From NCBI GenBank assembly GCA_964016885.1, contig OZ024743.1:276210001-276274000 (forward strand): a DNA stretch of 64,000 nucleotides, written 5' to 3'. Position numbers and translations under genes: made by a program. The notes under the pieces are model-generated. The model saw only the letters and a list, made by a program, of their open reading frames with translations, was not told where the DNA came from and did not search any database. Below, piece after piece: positions 44,221 to 63,153 of this stretch (position 1 is the first letter of the stretch; every line of letters begins with the position of its first letter). Origin of the DNA: Eledone cirrhosa. Its lineage: Eukaryota.

Positions 44221-44969
44221 TTGAATATTTATAAACATTTATATTTGTCGGACTTCCAACAAATTAAATACCTCTTCTACTTATAAATAAATAAAAATAT
44301 ATATATAATGTAAACGTGTGTGTTTGTGTAAATGTATACACATGTATGTACCTGTGTATATATATGTGTATATACACACCCATACACACGTATGTGTGCG
44401 TGTTTTGCTGTTTAACCCAGGTTCTATTATTGTAAAGATGTGTGGTTTGATCAAGGGCCATGAACAATCCAGAATTTTTTTTTTTTTTTTTTTATCCGGC
44501 GTATCTCATCTATGACGTCATGAAACGTTTTTTGAGACCCTTCTTTCGGGTTGAGATGTGGCTGCTACTTTTGGCAGGTTAAAAAAAAACACTGAAAGGA
44601 CTCACTCCATCGTTGACACGTAGTAAAATTGACTTATATAACAAGGTGTGTCTGTGTGAGTGCGAGAGAGGGTGATAATGGGATGTTGTAACATGAATGC
44701 CTTTATCCAAAGAGCATTAGCGATGTAAAGGGGAGGAATGAAGTGGGTGAAAATGTTGAGGTTTCATTTATTGTATCAACAAAATAAGCAGACACAATTT
44801 AGATGGAGTAATTGATAGATTGATTGGAAGATAGAAAACAAAATATATAATAGCTAAATAGACACAGAATGGTGTGTAAGTGTATGTAAGTATGTGTATA
44901 TATATTTATTGTTATATTTAGGGTACCAATATTGCCAATAGAAAGAAACACACGCACCATATAATTTTC

Positions 44970-45023
<54 letters not shown>

Positions 45024-45811
45024 CGCGCAGAGATAGATAATGTGAGGGGGAAAGAGAACGATAATATAGATAGATGGATAATTAAATGATAAAAGATTAT
45101 TAACAAAACGATTCGATAGAGATGCTCAGAGCCCCAGAAGAAGAAAAAAATGTAAAACCAGTGAGGAAAATATATTAAATTTTAATAATTATTCGAAAAG
45201 TTCAAAAAATAGAAGGTAACAAATAAAGCTAATGATATAAAAATGACCAGCAGAAAAATAAAAAATAAAACGAAAGCGAGAAAAGATAGAAAATTTAAAA
45301 TAAGCAACTACAGTAAGTTAAATTGAAATGGAGTGAACTTTAATATTATAATTAATAATAACAACAACAACAACAAATATAATGATAACGATGGTGATAT
45401 AAGTATAGTTAAATGTATTCATTAAAATATAAATGAAAAATAAAAATCATATTTGTAAAAATAATATGAAATACGTTGGACATAAATTACTTTTGTTTTC
45501 GGTGTTGGCAATCAAGTGTGTGACATGAAAAATATATATTATTTCCTAATAATAATTTAATTAAAATACTAAATCTTAAAAATGAATTTATTCAAGGATC
45601 CATGGCTAGCAATTAGATTGTGTAATCAAATTTTCTCAGCTTAAATTGTTTTCTGTATGTATGTATGTATGTATGTATGTATGTATGTATGTATATATGT
45701 ATTCTACAAAATTATATTAACATTAATTTTGATATTACATTGGATATATATATACATCTACATACATACACGCACACACACACATATATATATTCAAGAA
45801 ATGTATTAATT

Positions 45812-45816
<5 letters not shown>

Positions 45817-45863
<47 letters not shown>

Positions 45864-46181
45864 TATATATATATAAATATATATATATAAATATATAAAT
45901 ATAAATATATATATAAATATATATATATAAATATATATATATATAAATATATATATAAATATATATATATAAATATATATAAATATAAATATATATATAA
46001 TATATATATATTTATATATATAAATAAATATAAATATAAATATAAATATAAATATATATATAAATATAAATATATATATATATAAATAAATATATATAAA
46101 TAAATATATATATAAATAAATATATATATATATATATATATAAATATATATATAAAATATATATATAATATAAATATAAAT

Positions 46182-46232
<51 letters not shown>

Positions 46233-46319
46233 TATATAAATATATATAAATATATATATAAATATATATATATAAATATATAAATAAATATATTTATATA
46301 AATATAAATATATATATAA

Positions 46320-46372
<53 letters not shown>

Positions 46373-46376
46373 AATA

Positions 46377-46407
<31 letters not shown>

Positions 46408-46414
46408 AATAAAT

Positions 46415-46453
<39 letters not shown>

Positions 46454-46766
46454 AATAATATATATATAAATAATATATATAAATATATATATAAATATAT
46501 AAATATAATATATATATATAAATATATATAAATATATAAATATATATATAAATATAATATATATAAATATATAAATATATATATAAATAAATATATATAT
46601 AAATATATATAAATAGTAATAATAATAAAATTGAAGACTAAAATTCAAAGAGGCTCGATAAGGAAAATATATATCAAATATATAAGAACCGTAGAGCAAA
46701 TATTTATTAAAATAACAGATTAAAGTTTAAGCAAAGAATCGCTGCTTTCACCATATATATATAAAT

Positions 46767-46799
<33 letters not shown>

Positions 46800-46840
46800 A
46801 ATATATATATATATTAAATATATATATATATATATATATC
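45817..46840. repeat. (TA)/(TAAA) microsatellite
   Basis: Directly visible, with a short unique interruption at about 46620-46752. Confidence 0.93.
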
Positions 46841-47044
46841 GTCGTTAACTAATATATTTTTTCAATGTACTGTGTCGTTGGGTTTATTTTTTCTGTTTGC
46901 ATACACTTTATACATAAATATATATATCCTCCACTTCCGCCTAACCGTTTGTTTTGTTTTATTTGTTCAACTATATACGCACACATTATATATATGTGTG
47001 TTTGTGTGTGTATAAATAATCGACAAGATCCCAGACCTCATGGG

Positions 47045-47197
47045 GGGAAGCTCGTCAAATCGGACCGAAGAAACAACGTTTCCAATTGCTAATACTATCT
47101 ACCGGCAGAAGGAGCAACGTAAAATAAAGTGTCTTGCTCAAGGACAGAATGCATCGGAATCGAACTCCGAACCTCTAACCACTCAGCCACGCGTCTT
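47045..47197 (-). mobile_element. SINE family C
   Basis: Reverse complement is homologous to 22783-22970. Confidence 0.75.
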
Positions 47198-47200
47198 TGC

Positions 47201-47235
<35 letters not shown>

Positions 47236-47260
47236 AGTGTGTGTATATATATATATTTAC

Positions 47261-47333
<73 letters not shown>

Positions 47334-47918
47334 AGTCAGTTTATTAATATACATAATAATTGTTTCTACTTTAGGCACAAGGCCAGCAATTAACCAGTAT
47401 AATGATGTTACAGTCTATAAAAAAAGTTGTATAAGTAAAATGATTGAAAATCATTGATGTTTAAACAATTTAGTATGTAAAGAATATTTATAAACAACCT
47501 AAACCAACATCTCTACAGACTCTAGACTCCAGACTCCGAACATCACAGACACATGACTCTGTACATTATACAGACATAATATCATAAATAAATAATATAG
47601 AACTGATATAATACTGTGTAATATATATAGCAAACTCCTTATGACGTTATATAATAAAGCTCCCATGGCAAAAAAATAAATGGATATAGAAGAAGAAAAA
47701 AAACTAGGCAAGAAACGAAATCAAAATGAATTTATACAATTCAATATGATAACCATAATAATTATAATTATCGTCATATTGAATTGTATAAATTCATTTA
47801 TACAATTCAATATGATGATGATAATAATAATAATAATTATCTTTATCATTATTATTAGGCTCTTGTGGCCAATAAATGAAATTATTATTATCATTATTAT
47901 TAATAATTTCATGATAAT

Positions 47919-48510
47919 GAGTTCAAATCCCGCCGAGGTTGACTTTGCCTTTCATCCTTACGGGGTCGATAAAATAAATAAAGTACCAGTAATGCACTGG
48001 TTAATTGCTGGCCTTGTGCCTAAAGTAGAAACAATTATTATCATTATTATTATATTATGACTGGCAAAGGACCCGCAAAATCGTCCGAGCGTCGGACAAT
48101 GTGCTTTGTGATATTTGTTCCGCCACTTTTACTTTCTGAGTTCAAAATCCCGTCGGTCAACTATCTTTATTGATCTTTCATCCTTCTCGGATCGATAATA
48201 CAAAGTAGCAATCAAATACTTACAGAATCAGTTAAATATCAATGTCAATTTAACCGATTTCCCTTCTCTTCAAACATAAAATTGCTGCCCTCGTGTCTAA
48301 ATTAGAAATCATTATTATTATGGATTGGCAGTATTGGTAGAGGGTCGGACGCTATGCTTTGACGCATAGAGGTACGGCTCTTGCCATTCTGAGTTCGAAT
48401 CCCGCCGAGGTTAACTTTGCCTTTCATTCTTATGGGGTCGATAAAATAAAGTACCAGTAATACACTGGTTAATTGCTGGCCTTGTGCCAAAAAGTAGAAA
48501 CAATTATTAT
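47919..48510 (+). mobile_element. Three tandem SINE-B copies (young truncated, old, young full length)
   Basis: Units at 47919-48040, 48060-48310 and 48325-48510 share the family B domain. Confidence 0.8.
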
Positions 48511-50303
48511 TATGATTATTAAGAATATAAAGACCCAGTCTTCGGCTATTCAACATTCTTAATAATCATAATAGTTTCTGATTAAGGAGTTATGATTATT
48601 AAGAATGTTGAATCGCTGAAGACTGGGTCTTTATAATTAACCCTATTTTGGTGGTTTACAACATCTATAAATTATTTATACAAATCCCTACTTTTAACTA
48701 ACTTCCTCGCATTACATATAAAGCAGAGCTTTTTGTGTGTGTGTGTGTTTTATTATTATTAACTGAATAGGAAGGTAGCTACTGCATGTGTGAGAGAGGT
48801 CAACGATCTCGAATAAGTTACCCAATAGCATCTTCGATTCGTTATTAGTCCATAATTCTTTTTGACAACAGAGGAATAAGAATGAGAAGTTGAACTGGGC
48901 AACATGTGAACTGAAAGCAATGTATATAGTGTTTGTTTATATACCAAAAAATCTATATGATTCTCGGCAGTTATTTAGACTTTAAAAGAATGTTAATCGC
49001 ACTTTAAGTCGATAAAATAAAGTACCAGTCAAGTACTGGGTTGATTTAATCGGCTTACTCCCATTAGCCACCGACATTATCGCCCTAGTGATAAATTAGA
49101 AAACATTAATAGCTCTTTTAATTAAACACAAAGTCCCCTATTTTTTTGACACGTTTGTGACCTACATGCCTTTCTTTCGTAAAGACATCTACTAAAGGCT
49201 TATTCATTAAACGAAGTGAACTCGCTTCAATCGGGAACAGAAATCGTTTCACTGGAAGGAGGAAGCCATATTATTATCCATCTGTCGAAGGCATTACTCC
49301 TAAATGTTGATGATTTCTTTCAAAGGTACAAAATCCCTAAACAAGGGATGTTAAGGCAGTCTAAGTTTCTCTTAAGGTCATTCAAGACATAAATGAAACC
49401 CAATCCATTTCATCATCATCACGGTATTTTCCATTAGACAGATTGTCACATTTTGAGACCAGATATATGCGTGTGTGTGTGTTTGTGTGTGTGATTATAT
49501 ATATATAAATATATATATATATATGAAAGGGGGGGGGGGGGGGGTTATATACATATTTATTATCATTGTTGTTATTTAGCCCTAGGTCTGCATCAATCGA
49601 GCAGGACTGATAAAAAACGGACCAACTGAAATAACCATTTGCTTTCGTGGATTGTGTATCCAGATGTATACTATCCAGCGTATCCTTCCCTTTTTAAAGA
49701 CGACAGAGTATAACTTTAAGGCGATTTGACTGCTATACTTAGCAATTCGAAAATCCACATATAGGGTCCATTGATATTGTTTAGCTCAAGCTCAGATCCG
49801 ACTGAGCAGACCTGTGATCAAAAACACGCCAGCCGTGCTCATCACGTCTATATAGAAATATATCTCGAACTACACTATCCTTTATGTTGAGTTCAAATAT
49901 GCTTTTCATCCCTCATAGGTGGGGGAAGAGGGTCAATAAAAACAAGTACCAATAATACACTAGGCATCGTTTCATCGGCTAAGAAATTATCACCATCATT
50001 ATTTATTCTCGAGTTTAAATTCGCCTTTCAGTAATCTGGGGTCAATCAAATCGATTGCTCTCCCGTCCGTCTCCCCCTATAAATGTATGGCCTTGTGCCA
50101 ATTAGAAATCATCATCGTTATTATCATTCCAAGTTTAAGTCGACTTAACCATTCATCCTTCCGGAAGCCATATTACTCTTCGAAGTCCAAATGTTTTCTG
50201 AACTTGTGTGTCTGTGTTTAAGAAATAATTCTCTATAAAATATATAATTTGTTTATTAAAGCTGATAATACTGTTTGTTGTAGCCGAAAAAATACGATCG
50301 CCA

Positions 50304-50668
50304 ATACAAGCGACCGAAATGGAGTTCCTCTGAAGAGTCCTTGGAGTAACGTTACTCGAAAATCAGAAAGTAATTCTCTCCAGGTAGAGCCGTTACTTTT
50401 CCGAATTGAGAGATCACAGCTCCGATATTATGGGCATGAGGTTAGAATTTCTCAGGAAAGAATCGTTGAATAGATTTTACGGGCTAAACCAAAGGGTAGA
50501 CCCTGAGCAAAGTGGTTGGATAGCATCTATGTGTTTGGTTGGTGTCGCTTGGGGATCCAGCCGAATCAATTGGAGACGTTCTTCCTGACAAGACATGTTG
50601 GAAGGCGTGTTTGAGGACTCTTACACCACGACCCTCCCAAGAAGAACACGAAGATAAAGACGACGAAG
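50304..50668 (+). mobile_element. 3' fragment of a Rex3/Expander-like RTE LINE
   Basis: IQATEMEFL*RVLG, LQVEPLLFRIERSQLRYYGH, RLGIQP and DKTCWKACLRTLTPRP match the LLLRIERSQLRW.GH...LL.PRP C-terminus of this lineage. Confidence 0.8.
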
Positions 50669-51192
50669 GCAAAGAGAAAAAAGGAAAAGAAGTGTTCGTT
50701 TTCGGTCAAATAATCAGACGTGGGAAAACTTGGCCTTTCATTCCGATTAAAGTCATTAAAAATAAGTAACAATGTCATGTCGAGATCGATTCAGTGTCAC
50801 TTCTACACCGTTCCTGATTATAAACGCAGCCATAAATATATTCATCACCACAGATACCAATATGAAGCAGTGGACATGTCACAGATTTGTAAATAAAATC
50901 ATCATCAGTATTATTATTATCACTATTCAGGTATGAGGTGGAACTATATGAATACATGCTTCCATTTACGAAGACCGTAATTAGATGAAATTAGATGCTA
51001 TGTCTGGCGGACAGAAGGCCTAAGAAGTTTGAAAGCTTTTTTTTTTTACGCATTCTTTTTACCGTTGAGTAAAGGGGAGAAGGGCAACCCTCATGAATCC
51101 CTTTTCTTAAGGCCTCCAAGGGAGCTTTGCGGCAGAATGAACTTCGCTAAATGCACCACCTGAGGACAAGATTGAGGAACAAACAATTTACA

Positions 51193-51283
51193 CAGGGTGC
51201 CCCAAAAGATGTGTACACAGCATTCTAATAAATGTTGCTTGTACAGGTAATCAAAGTGTGTATACATTTCGGAGGACACCCTG
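51193..51283. mobile_element. Tc1/mariner-type mini-MITE (91 bp)
   Basis: Terminal inverted repeats cagggtgccccaaaagatgtgtacac / gtgtatacatttcggaggacaccctg, followed by TA. Confidence 0.7.
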
Positions 51284-51346
51284 TATGTATGTATGTATAT
51301 ATATATATATATATATATAGTGGCCATACTCGATAACGAGGGGGCA

Positions 51347-51394
<48 letters not shown>

Positions 51395-51685
51395 GGGAGT
51401 CTTTATTTGTTTACTGAGTAATTACACATACAAAGAAACTATTTGGTTTTGTTGAATGTTCTAAGCTCATAGTCTACGTAAGGAACAAGAGATTGCCACT
51501 TATCAACAATGAGAAGTTAAGGTGGTAACAAAGGCAGTCATGATATAAGCTAGGCAAGTAAAGCTTAGTAAAGAAACTTTGTAGTCCAAATAAAATGTTT
51601 CCATATAAAAAATATAAATGCTATACTCTCAAGCGTGAACCTAATACTAACACTTAGTACTGCACTCTTCGCTTTGTTTTAACTA

Positions 51686-51868
51686 TAATTGTTTCTACTT
51701 TTTGGCAGAAGGTCAGCAATTATCCCAGTGTATTACTGGTACTTTATTTTATCGACCCCGTAAGGATGAAAGGCAAAGTTAACCTCGGCGGGATTTAAAC
51801 TCAGTCCGTAAAAGGATGCAGCTCTTTGCTGCAAAGCATGGCGTCCGACCCTCTACCGATACTGCCAA
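51686..51868 (-). mobile_element. SINE family B (full length)
   Basis: Reverse complement of the family B consensus. Confidence 0.85.
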
Positions 51869-52000
51869 CCCAAATAATATATATATATACATGTATGTAT
51901 GTATTGAATCCCACATCCACCTAGTTTGGGTGATTTTAAGTACCTAACAAAACACAGATTACTATATATATATAATATTTTTGTTACTCTGATTATTTAG

Positions 52001-52071
<71 letters not shown>

Positions 52072-52792
52072 AGGCTAAATAGAGTAACAAAAATATTAAT
52101 CTCTACTATAGTATTAGGTACTCATTCGCACCCGCCAATACTTATTTTTTAATATATATATACACATACATATATATTATTTGAGTGTATAAACACGTGA
52201 GTGCGTGGTCAAAATTTGGGTGCAAGCCGATTACATCGACCCCCCCACCCCCACCACCACCACCACACACACACACACCCACACAAACAAGATGAAAGCA
52301 AAATTGACCTCTACTGACTGAATTTGAAACTAAATAAATGAAAGCCACGAAGCATTTTGCCCGACGCTCTAACGATCCTGCCAATCCGCAAAATAATAAT
52401 TATTATTATTGCGATTGTTTCGATGTCGCTCACTCAAATAAGTTGTTTATTGTAGAATCAGATATGGAATTTTTTTTAACCTAAAACGGAAATTATCCAA
52501 TTGAGAAATTTCACAAAAAGTTAATAGTTGAGGTTTATCAGAACTCTTTTGATTTTCAATTTTAATTCAAAACACCTTTTATCTTAAAAACAATTCAAAG
52601 AGAGAGAGAGGGGGGGGGGGGGATGATAGAGAGAGTGAGTAATGGAGGGAAGTGGAAGAGAGAGAGAAACGATTACATAGAATATGGATAATGAGGATAT
52701 ATATAGATATATATTAGTTTTTATATAGTATATAATACTCTATTTCTAAGCGTATATATACATACATGCACACACACACACACACATACATG

Positions 52793-52838
<46 letters not shown>

Positions 52839-53436
52839 TATATATATATACACATATATATATATACATATATACACACATATATATATATACACATGCA
52901 CATATACACACACATATATATATACACATGCACATATATATATACACATGCACATACATATATATATATATACACACGCCTCTGTGTGCGTGTGTGTATG
53001 TGTACATTCCTATATATAAGTTTTAGAAGTCCTTTGTTTCGAATATAATTTCTAATTTGTTCAATAAATTCAAAACCATTTCGATTGAAGAATGTTCCAC
53101 TACAAACCCTTAGTTATCACGCGCGCGCGTGCACACACACACACACACATTCTATGTATATATATATATATATTTATATATACACATACACATATATAAA
53201 CACATTAAATATATATCACCATCATCGTCTTCGTTTAACGTCCATTTTCCACTACTAACATGGGTTATATATATATATATATACACACACACATTATATA
53301 TACACATACATATATATATACACATACATATATGTACACATACGTATATATATAGACATGCATATATATACTTGTACACATATATATACACGCATATATA
53401 TATACACACATATATATATTCTGTGTGTGTGTATGT

Positions 53437-53506
53437 ATATAGAGAGAGCTACCTGATGATTTCTCACGAATGAAACAGTTCTAGTCCTGTAGAAGCTCTT
53501 CTATAT
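53437..53506 (+). ncRNA. Type I hammerhead ribozyme motif with all three stems
   Basis: Stem I atataga(g)agagct(a)c / g(a)agctct-tctatat; CTGATGA 53453-53459; stem II ttc-tcac-gaa; GAAA 53472-53475; stem III acag/ctgt; GUA site ending at 53491. Confidence 0.75.
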
Positions 53507-53514
53507 TAAAACTA

Positions 53515-57750
<4,236 letters not shown>

Positions 57751-57870
57751 ACACATTTTATTAATGCTCATATACATATAGACACAAGGTTTTTTCACGA
57801 CGTAAATAAAAATACAACTATCCAACCCAATGCAAAGAGTTAATGTAATGCAGACACATAGTATATATAG

Positions 57871-57924
<54 letters not shown>

Positions 57925-58031
57925 GTGTGTGTGTGTGTGTGTGTGTGTGAAAGTAAACGAAAAACAACAGACAAAACAATACAGCACAATGAAGATATAT
58001 ATTAGTTTAACGTTCGACAAAATAAGGAAAG

Positions 58032-58070
58032 TGATTTAACATTTCGGACGTTAGTCCTTCATCAGAAAAT
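58032..58070 (-). ncRNA. Minimal hammerhead motif of Penelope pLTR type
   Basis: Minus strand reads tt CTGATGA a ggac-taac-gtcc GAAA tg TTA aa. A degenerate paralogue lies at 9235-9265 (+); both are followed by aaactaata. Confidence 0.6.
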
Positions 58071-59419
58071 AGATTGGATAATAAAATAGAAAGATAGACA
58101 AGAATGAGAAAGAACGTGCGTGCAGACACTTTACACTAAATACGTTTCTCCGTTTCCGGCGAAAGCAACGCTCTGAGTGGTCTCCCATAACCTTTCCCAA
58201 AGCACAGTGAAGGTGATTGAAAGCGGGAGGCTAAGAGGGAGAGAGAGGGGTGAATTTGATCCTAGTAGTTGACTGGTACTATATTTATTGATTACGTATT
58301 GAACTTAGTAGTGTTTGAAGTTGCAACGCAGATGGCCGGAACAAATGATGCAAGGCCTTCTTTCTATCCGACTATGCCTATTCATCATGTGTATTATCAT
58401 CATCATTTAACGTCCATTTTCCACGCTAGCATGGGATATATATATATATATATACACACACACACCACTCTGGGATTTTACATAACATTACCTATTGAGT
58501 ACGCTGAGATGCAACCGGTACTAGCAGTGAAACCCATGCTAGTCCCGTCATATATATATATATATAACCACATACATACGTATGGAGTATCTACAGTGCT
58601 AAGGCCGGAAAGACCACTAACCAAAGTAATACTCTATGTATAATGGGATGCGGTGTTGGTATATTTAAAAAAATATATTCGACCATGAGCTCCTACAGTC
58701 TTTGATTGTGATTTCACTGAGGCGAATACATACACACACAGGTGACGAATTGACGGAAATTGAGAAACGTTGAGTGAGCAACAACTCAGATGTGATGTGC
58801 TCTAAGGAACAGTCCAACGACAGGCCAATGTACACTATAACACGGAACGGAATTAATGTACATACATTCATTATATGCGCATCTACATATCTACATGTAC
58901 ATATGTATGTGTGTGAATATATATATGTATGTGTCTGAATACACACACACACAAATATGCTTACAGAAAATATTTAATGTGGAGAGTGGAAGTACAAAAG
59001 TGGGAACAAGAATACTAGGAACAGTCTTTAAAAAAATGTAAAATTTCTCAGGAATATAAAAAATATAAGAGTGAGAGGGGGGGTAGAGAGAGACCCCCAG
59101 TTAAATAGAGAGGAACAATGTTTTGTTGTGTGTTCCTAGAGGGTGTTTATAATTTTAGTTAGTGAAGCAAGTCACGAAATAGTAGTGACAGATTTAGTTT
59201 AACTTGATAACAAGGACCGCTCTTCTACTTTTACTACTTCCAAACTAGTTTTATTTTGTTAAGTGTTTGTCTTTTGAAATGGTAGTTACACTGGCGCATA
59301 TCGTATTTTATACTTAGTGTTGCGTTAGTGGTGGTTCTGTTGGTGATGGAAACAAGAAAAATTAAATGACTAACAACCTAAATAAAGACAAAGTGGGGGT
59401 AGGTGGGAAATCTACTTTA

Positions 59420-61217
<1,798 letters not shown>

Positions 61218-61549
61218 ATCATCATCATTTTACGTCCGCTTTTCCCTGCTTGCAAGGGTGGGACAGGAACTGATTCTGGCTTGATTTCTACAGCTGGATG
61301 CCCTTCCTAACACCAACCTCATTTACAGTGAGTGCTGAGTACTTTTTTGCCGTGGAACCTACACGACCACTTTGCAGTGGAATGATATGGACCCCAGTCC
61401 TATCATCTCATTTCTACAGCTGAGTGAACTGAGGCAATGTGAAATAAAGTGTCTTGCTCAAGGAAACAACACATCACCCGGTCTGAGAATTGAACTCACA
61501 ACCTTTCGATTGCAAGGCCAATGCTCTAACCACTAAGCCATGTGCCTCC
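61218..61549 (-). mobile_element. SINE family A (full length)
   Basis: Reverse complement of 2429-2760 and 34791-35112. Confidence 0.9.
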
Positions 61550-61551
61550 AT

Positions 61552-61596
<45 letters not shown>

Positions 61597-61609
61597 TATA
61601 TATATATAT

Positions 61610-61676
<67 letters not shown>

Positions 61677-61779
61677 TATATATATATATACACATATATA
61701 TATATATATATATACACATATATATATATATATATACACATATATATATATACACATTTTTATACATATACACACATTT

Positions 61780-61822
<43 letters not shown>

Positions 61823-62588
61823 AAAATATTTAAAAATTGAGTGGTGAAACAATAATAGTATAGATGTGACGTTATTGAAATACAGTAATTGGGTGGTAAT
61901 ATCTACCAAGAATGACGTTTTTAAGATCTTAAGTATTATTAAATATTGAGCGATTAGTAGTTAAGGCCATCAATTACCCAGTACAGTACCAGTAATGTAC
62001 TGAGTAATTGCTGGCCTTGTGCCAAAAGTAGAAACAATTATTGATACAATTATTGACTACCAATAAGTCGATTATATCGATTTCAGTACTTGACTAGTAC
62101 CTTATTTTATCGATTTGGAAAGATGAAAGAAAAGGCTAAGTTGACCTCAGCGGGATTTGAAGTCAAAACGTGATGAGCCAGAACAAATACTGCACAGCCT
62201 TTTGTCCGACACGCTAACGATTCTGCCAATCCACCACTTCATCATTGTTATTATCAATTATTATAAAAATATTTATTTTATTCTCGTATGTATCGTAGTT
62301 TTTTTTTTTTTTATAAGCACGCCATTATTCCTGCTTATCTTAAGATACGACTAAAAAGGGTTGGTGTGAAGAAGGGCATCCAACTCTAACATGTCCCCTC
62401 AAAAGGTTGGAGGGAGTGGAGTATTTACCAATTGCAATTTGTTATCTCGGATCTGTAGGATTTCATAGTTATCCTGGGTGGTACTACTTACCCTTGCCCC
62501 AGTATTGAGGAATTACTTTAACTCATTCTTATTTTGTTAACCGGTTTATGTAAATCACGTCTGACCTTGTTTATTCGTATTGTCTGTC

Positions 62589-62779
62589 ATTATTGTGTTC
62601 GGCCTCATTATTGGTACTTTATTTTATCGACCCCGTAAGGATGCAAGGCAAAGTCAAATCCCGCCAAGGTTAACTTTGCCTTTCATCCTTACGGGGTCGA
62701 TAAAATAAAGTACCAGTAATGCACTGGGTAATTGCTGGCCTTGTGCCTAAAGTAGAAACAATTATTGTGTTCGGCCTCA
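62589..62779 (+). mobile_element. 5'-truncated SINE-B with an inverted 5' segment and a 19-bp target-site duplication
   Basis: attattgtgttcggcctca occurs at 62589-62607 and 62761-62779; 62608-62654 is inverted and 62655-62760 is forward. Confidence 0.9.
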
Positions 62780-62990
62780 GTGGTCAATAAAGACATCATT
62801 GTTATTATTTCTAACATAGCACAAGGACATAAACTTTAATGAGAATGAGGTAGTAGAGTCGATTATATATATATTCTTAATTTTGTCCTGGCGCTCAATG
62901 AGGTGTTTTGGAAACGGCTCCTCCACTATACAGCGGCGGTCAAGTGGACCCCGAAACCTAAGGTCGCACACAATGTTATATATATATATA

Positions 62991-63068
62991 TAGGGTGTCC
63001 CAAAAATGTATACACACTTTGATTACTTGTGCATTGAACTGTGTATACATTTTAGGGGGGACACCCTG
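62991..63068. mobile_element. Tc1/mariner-type mini-MITE (78 bp)
   Basis: tagggtgtcccaaaaatgtatacac / gtgtatacattttagggggacaccctg, flanked by TA. Confidence 0.75.
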
Positions 63069-63122
63069 TATGTATGTATGTATGTATGTATGTATGTATG
63101 TATGTATGTGTATGTGTGTGCG

Positions 63123-63153
<31 letters not shown>

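Noticed and set aside
44494-44538. Hammerhead-like tctca-tctatga-cgtcat-gaaacgttttt-tgaga
   Set aside because: The core is not CUGANGA and there is no stem II.
49184-49325. Open frame HLLKAYSLNEVNSLQSGTEIVSLEGG... with weak AG/GT borders
   Set aside because: No recognisable homology, and the length is compatible with chance.
51064-51160. Minus-strand acceptor followed by GGAFSEVH, reminiscent of a kinase Gly-loop
   Set aside because: All three frames hit a stop before the candidate donor, and no other kinase motifs are present.
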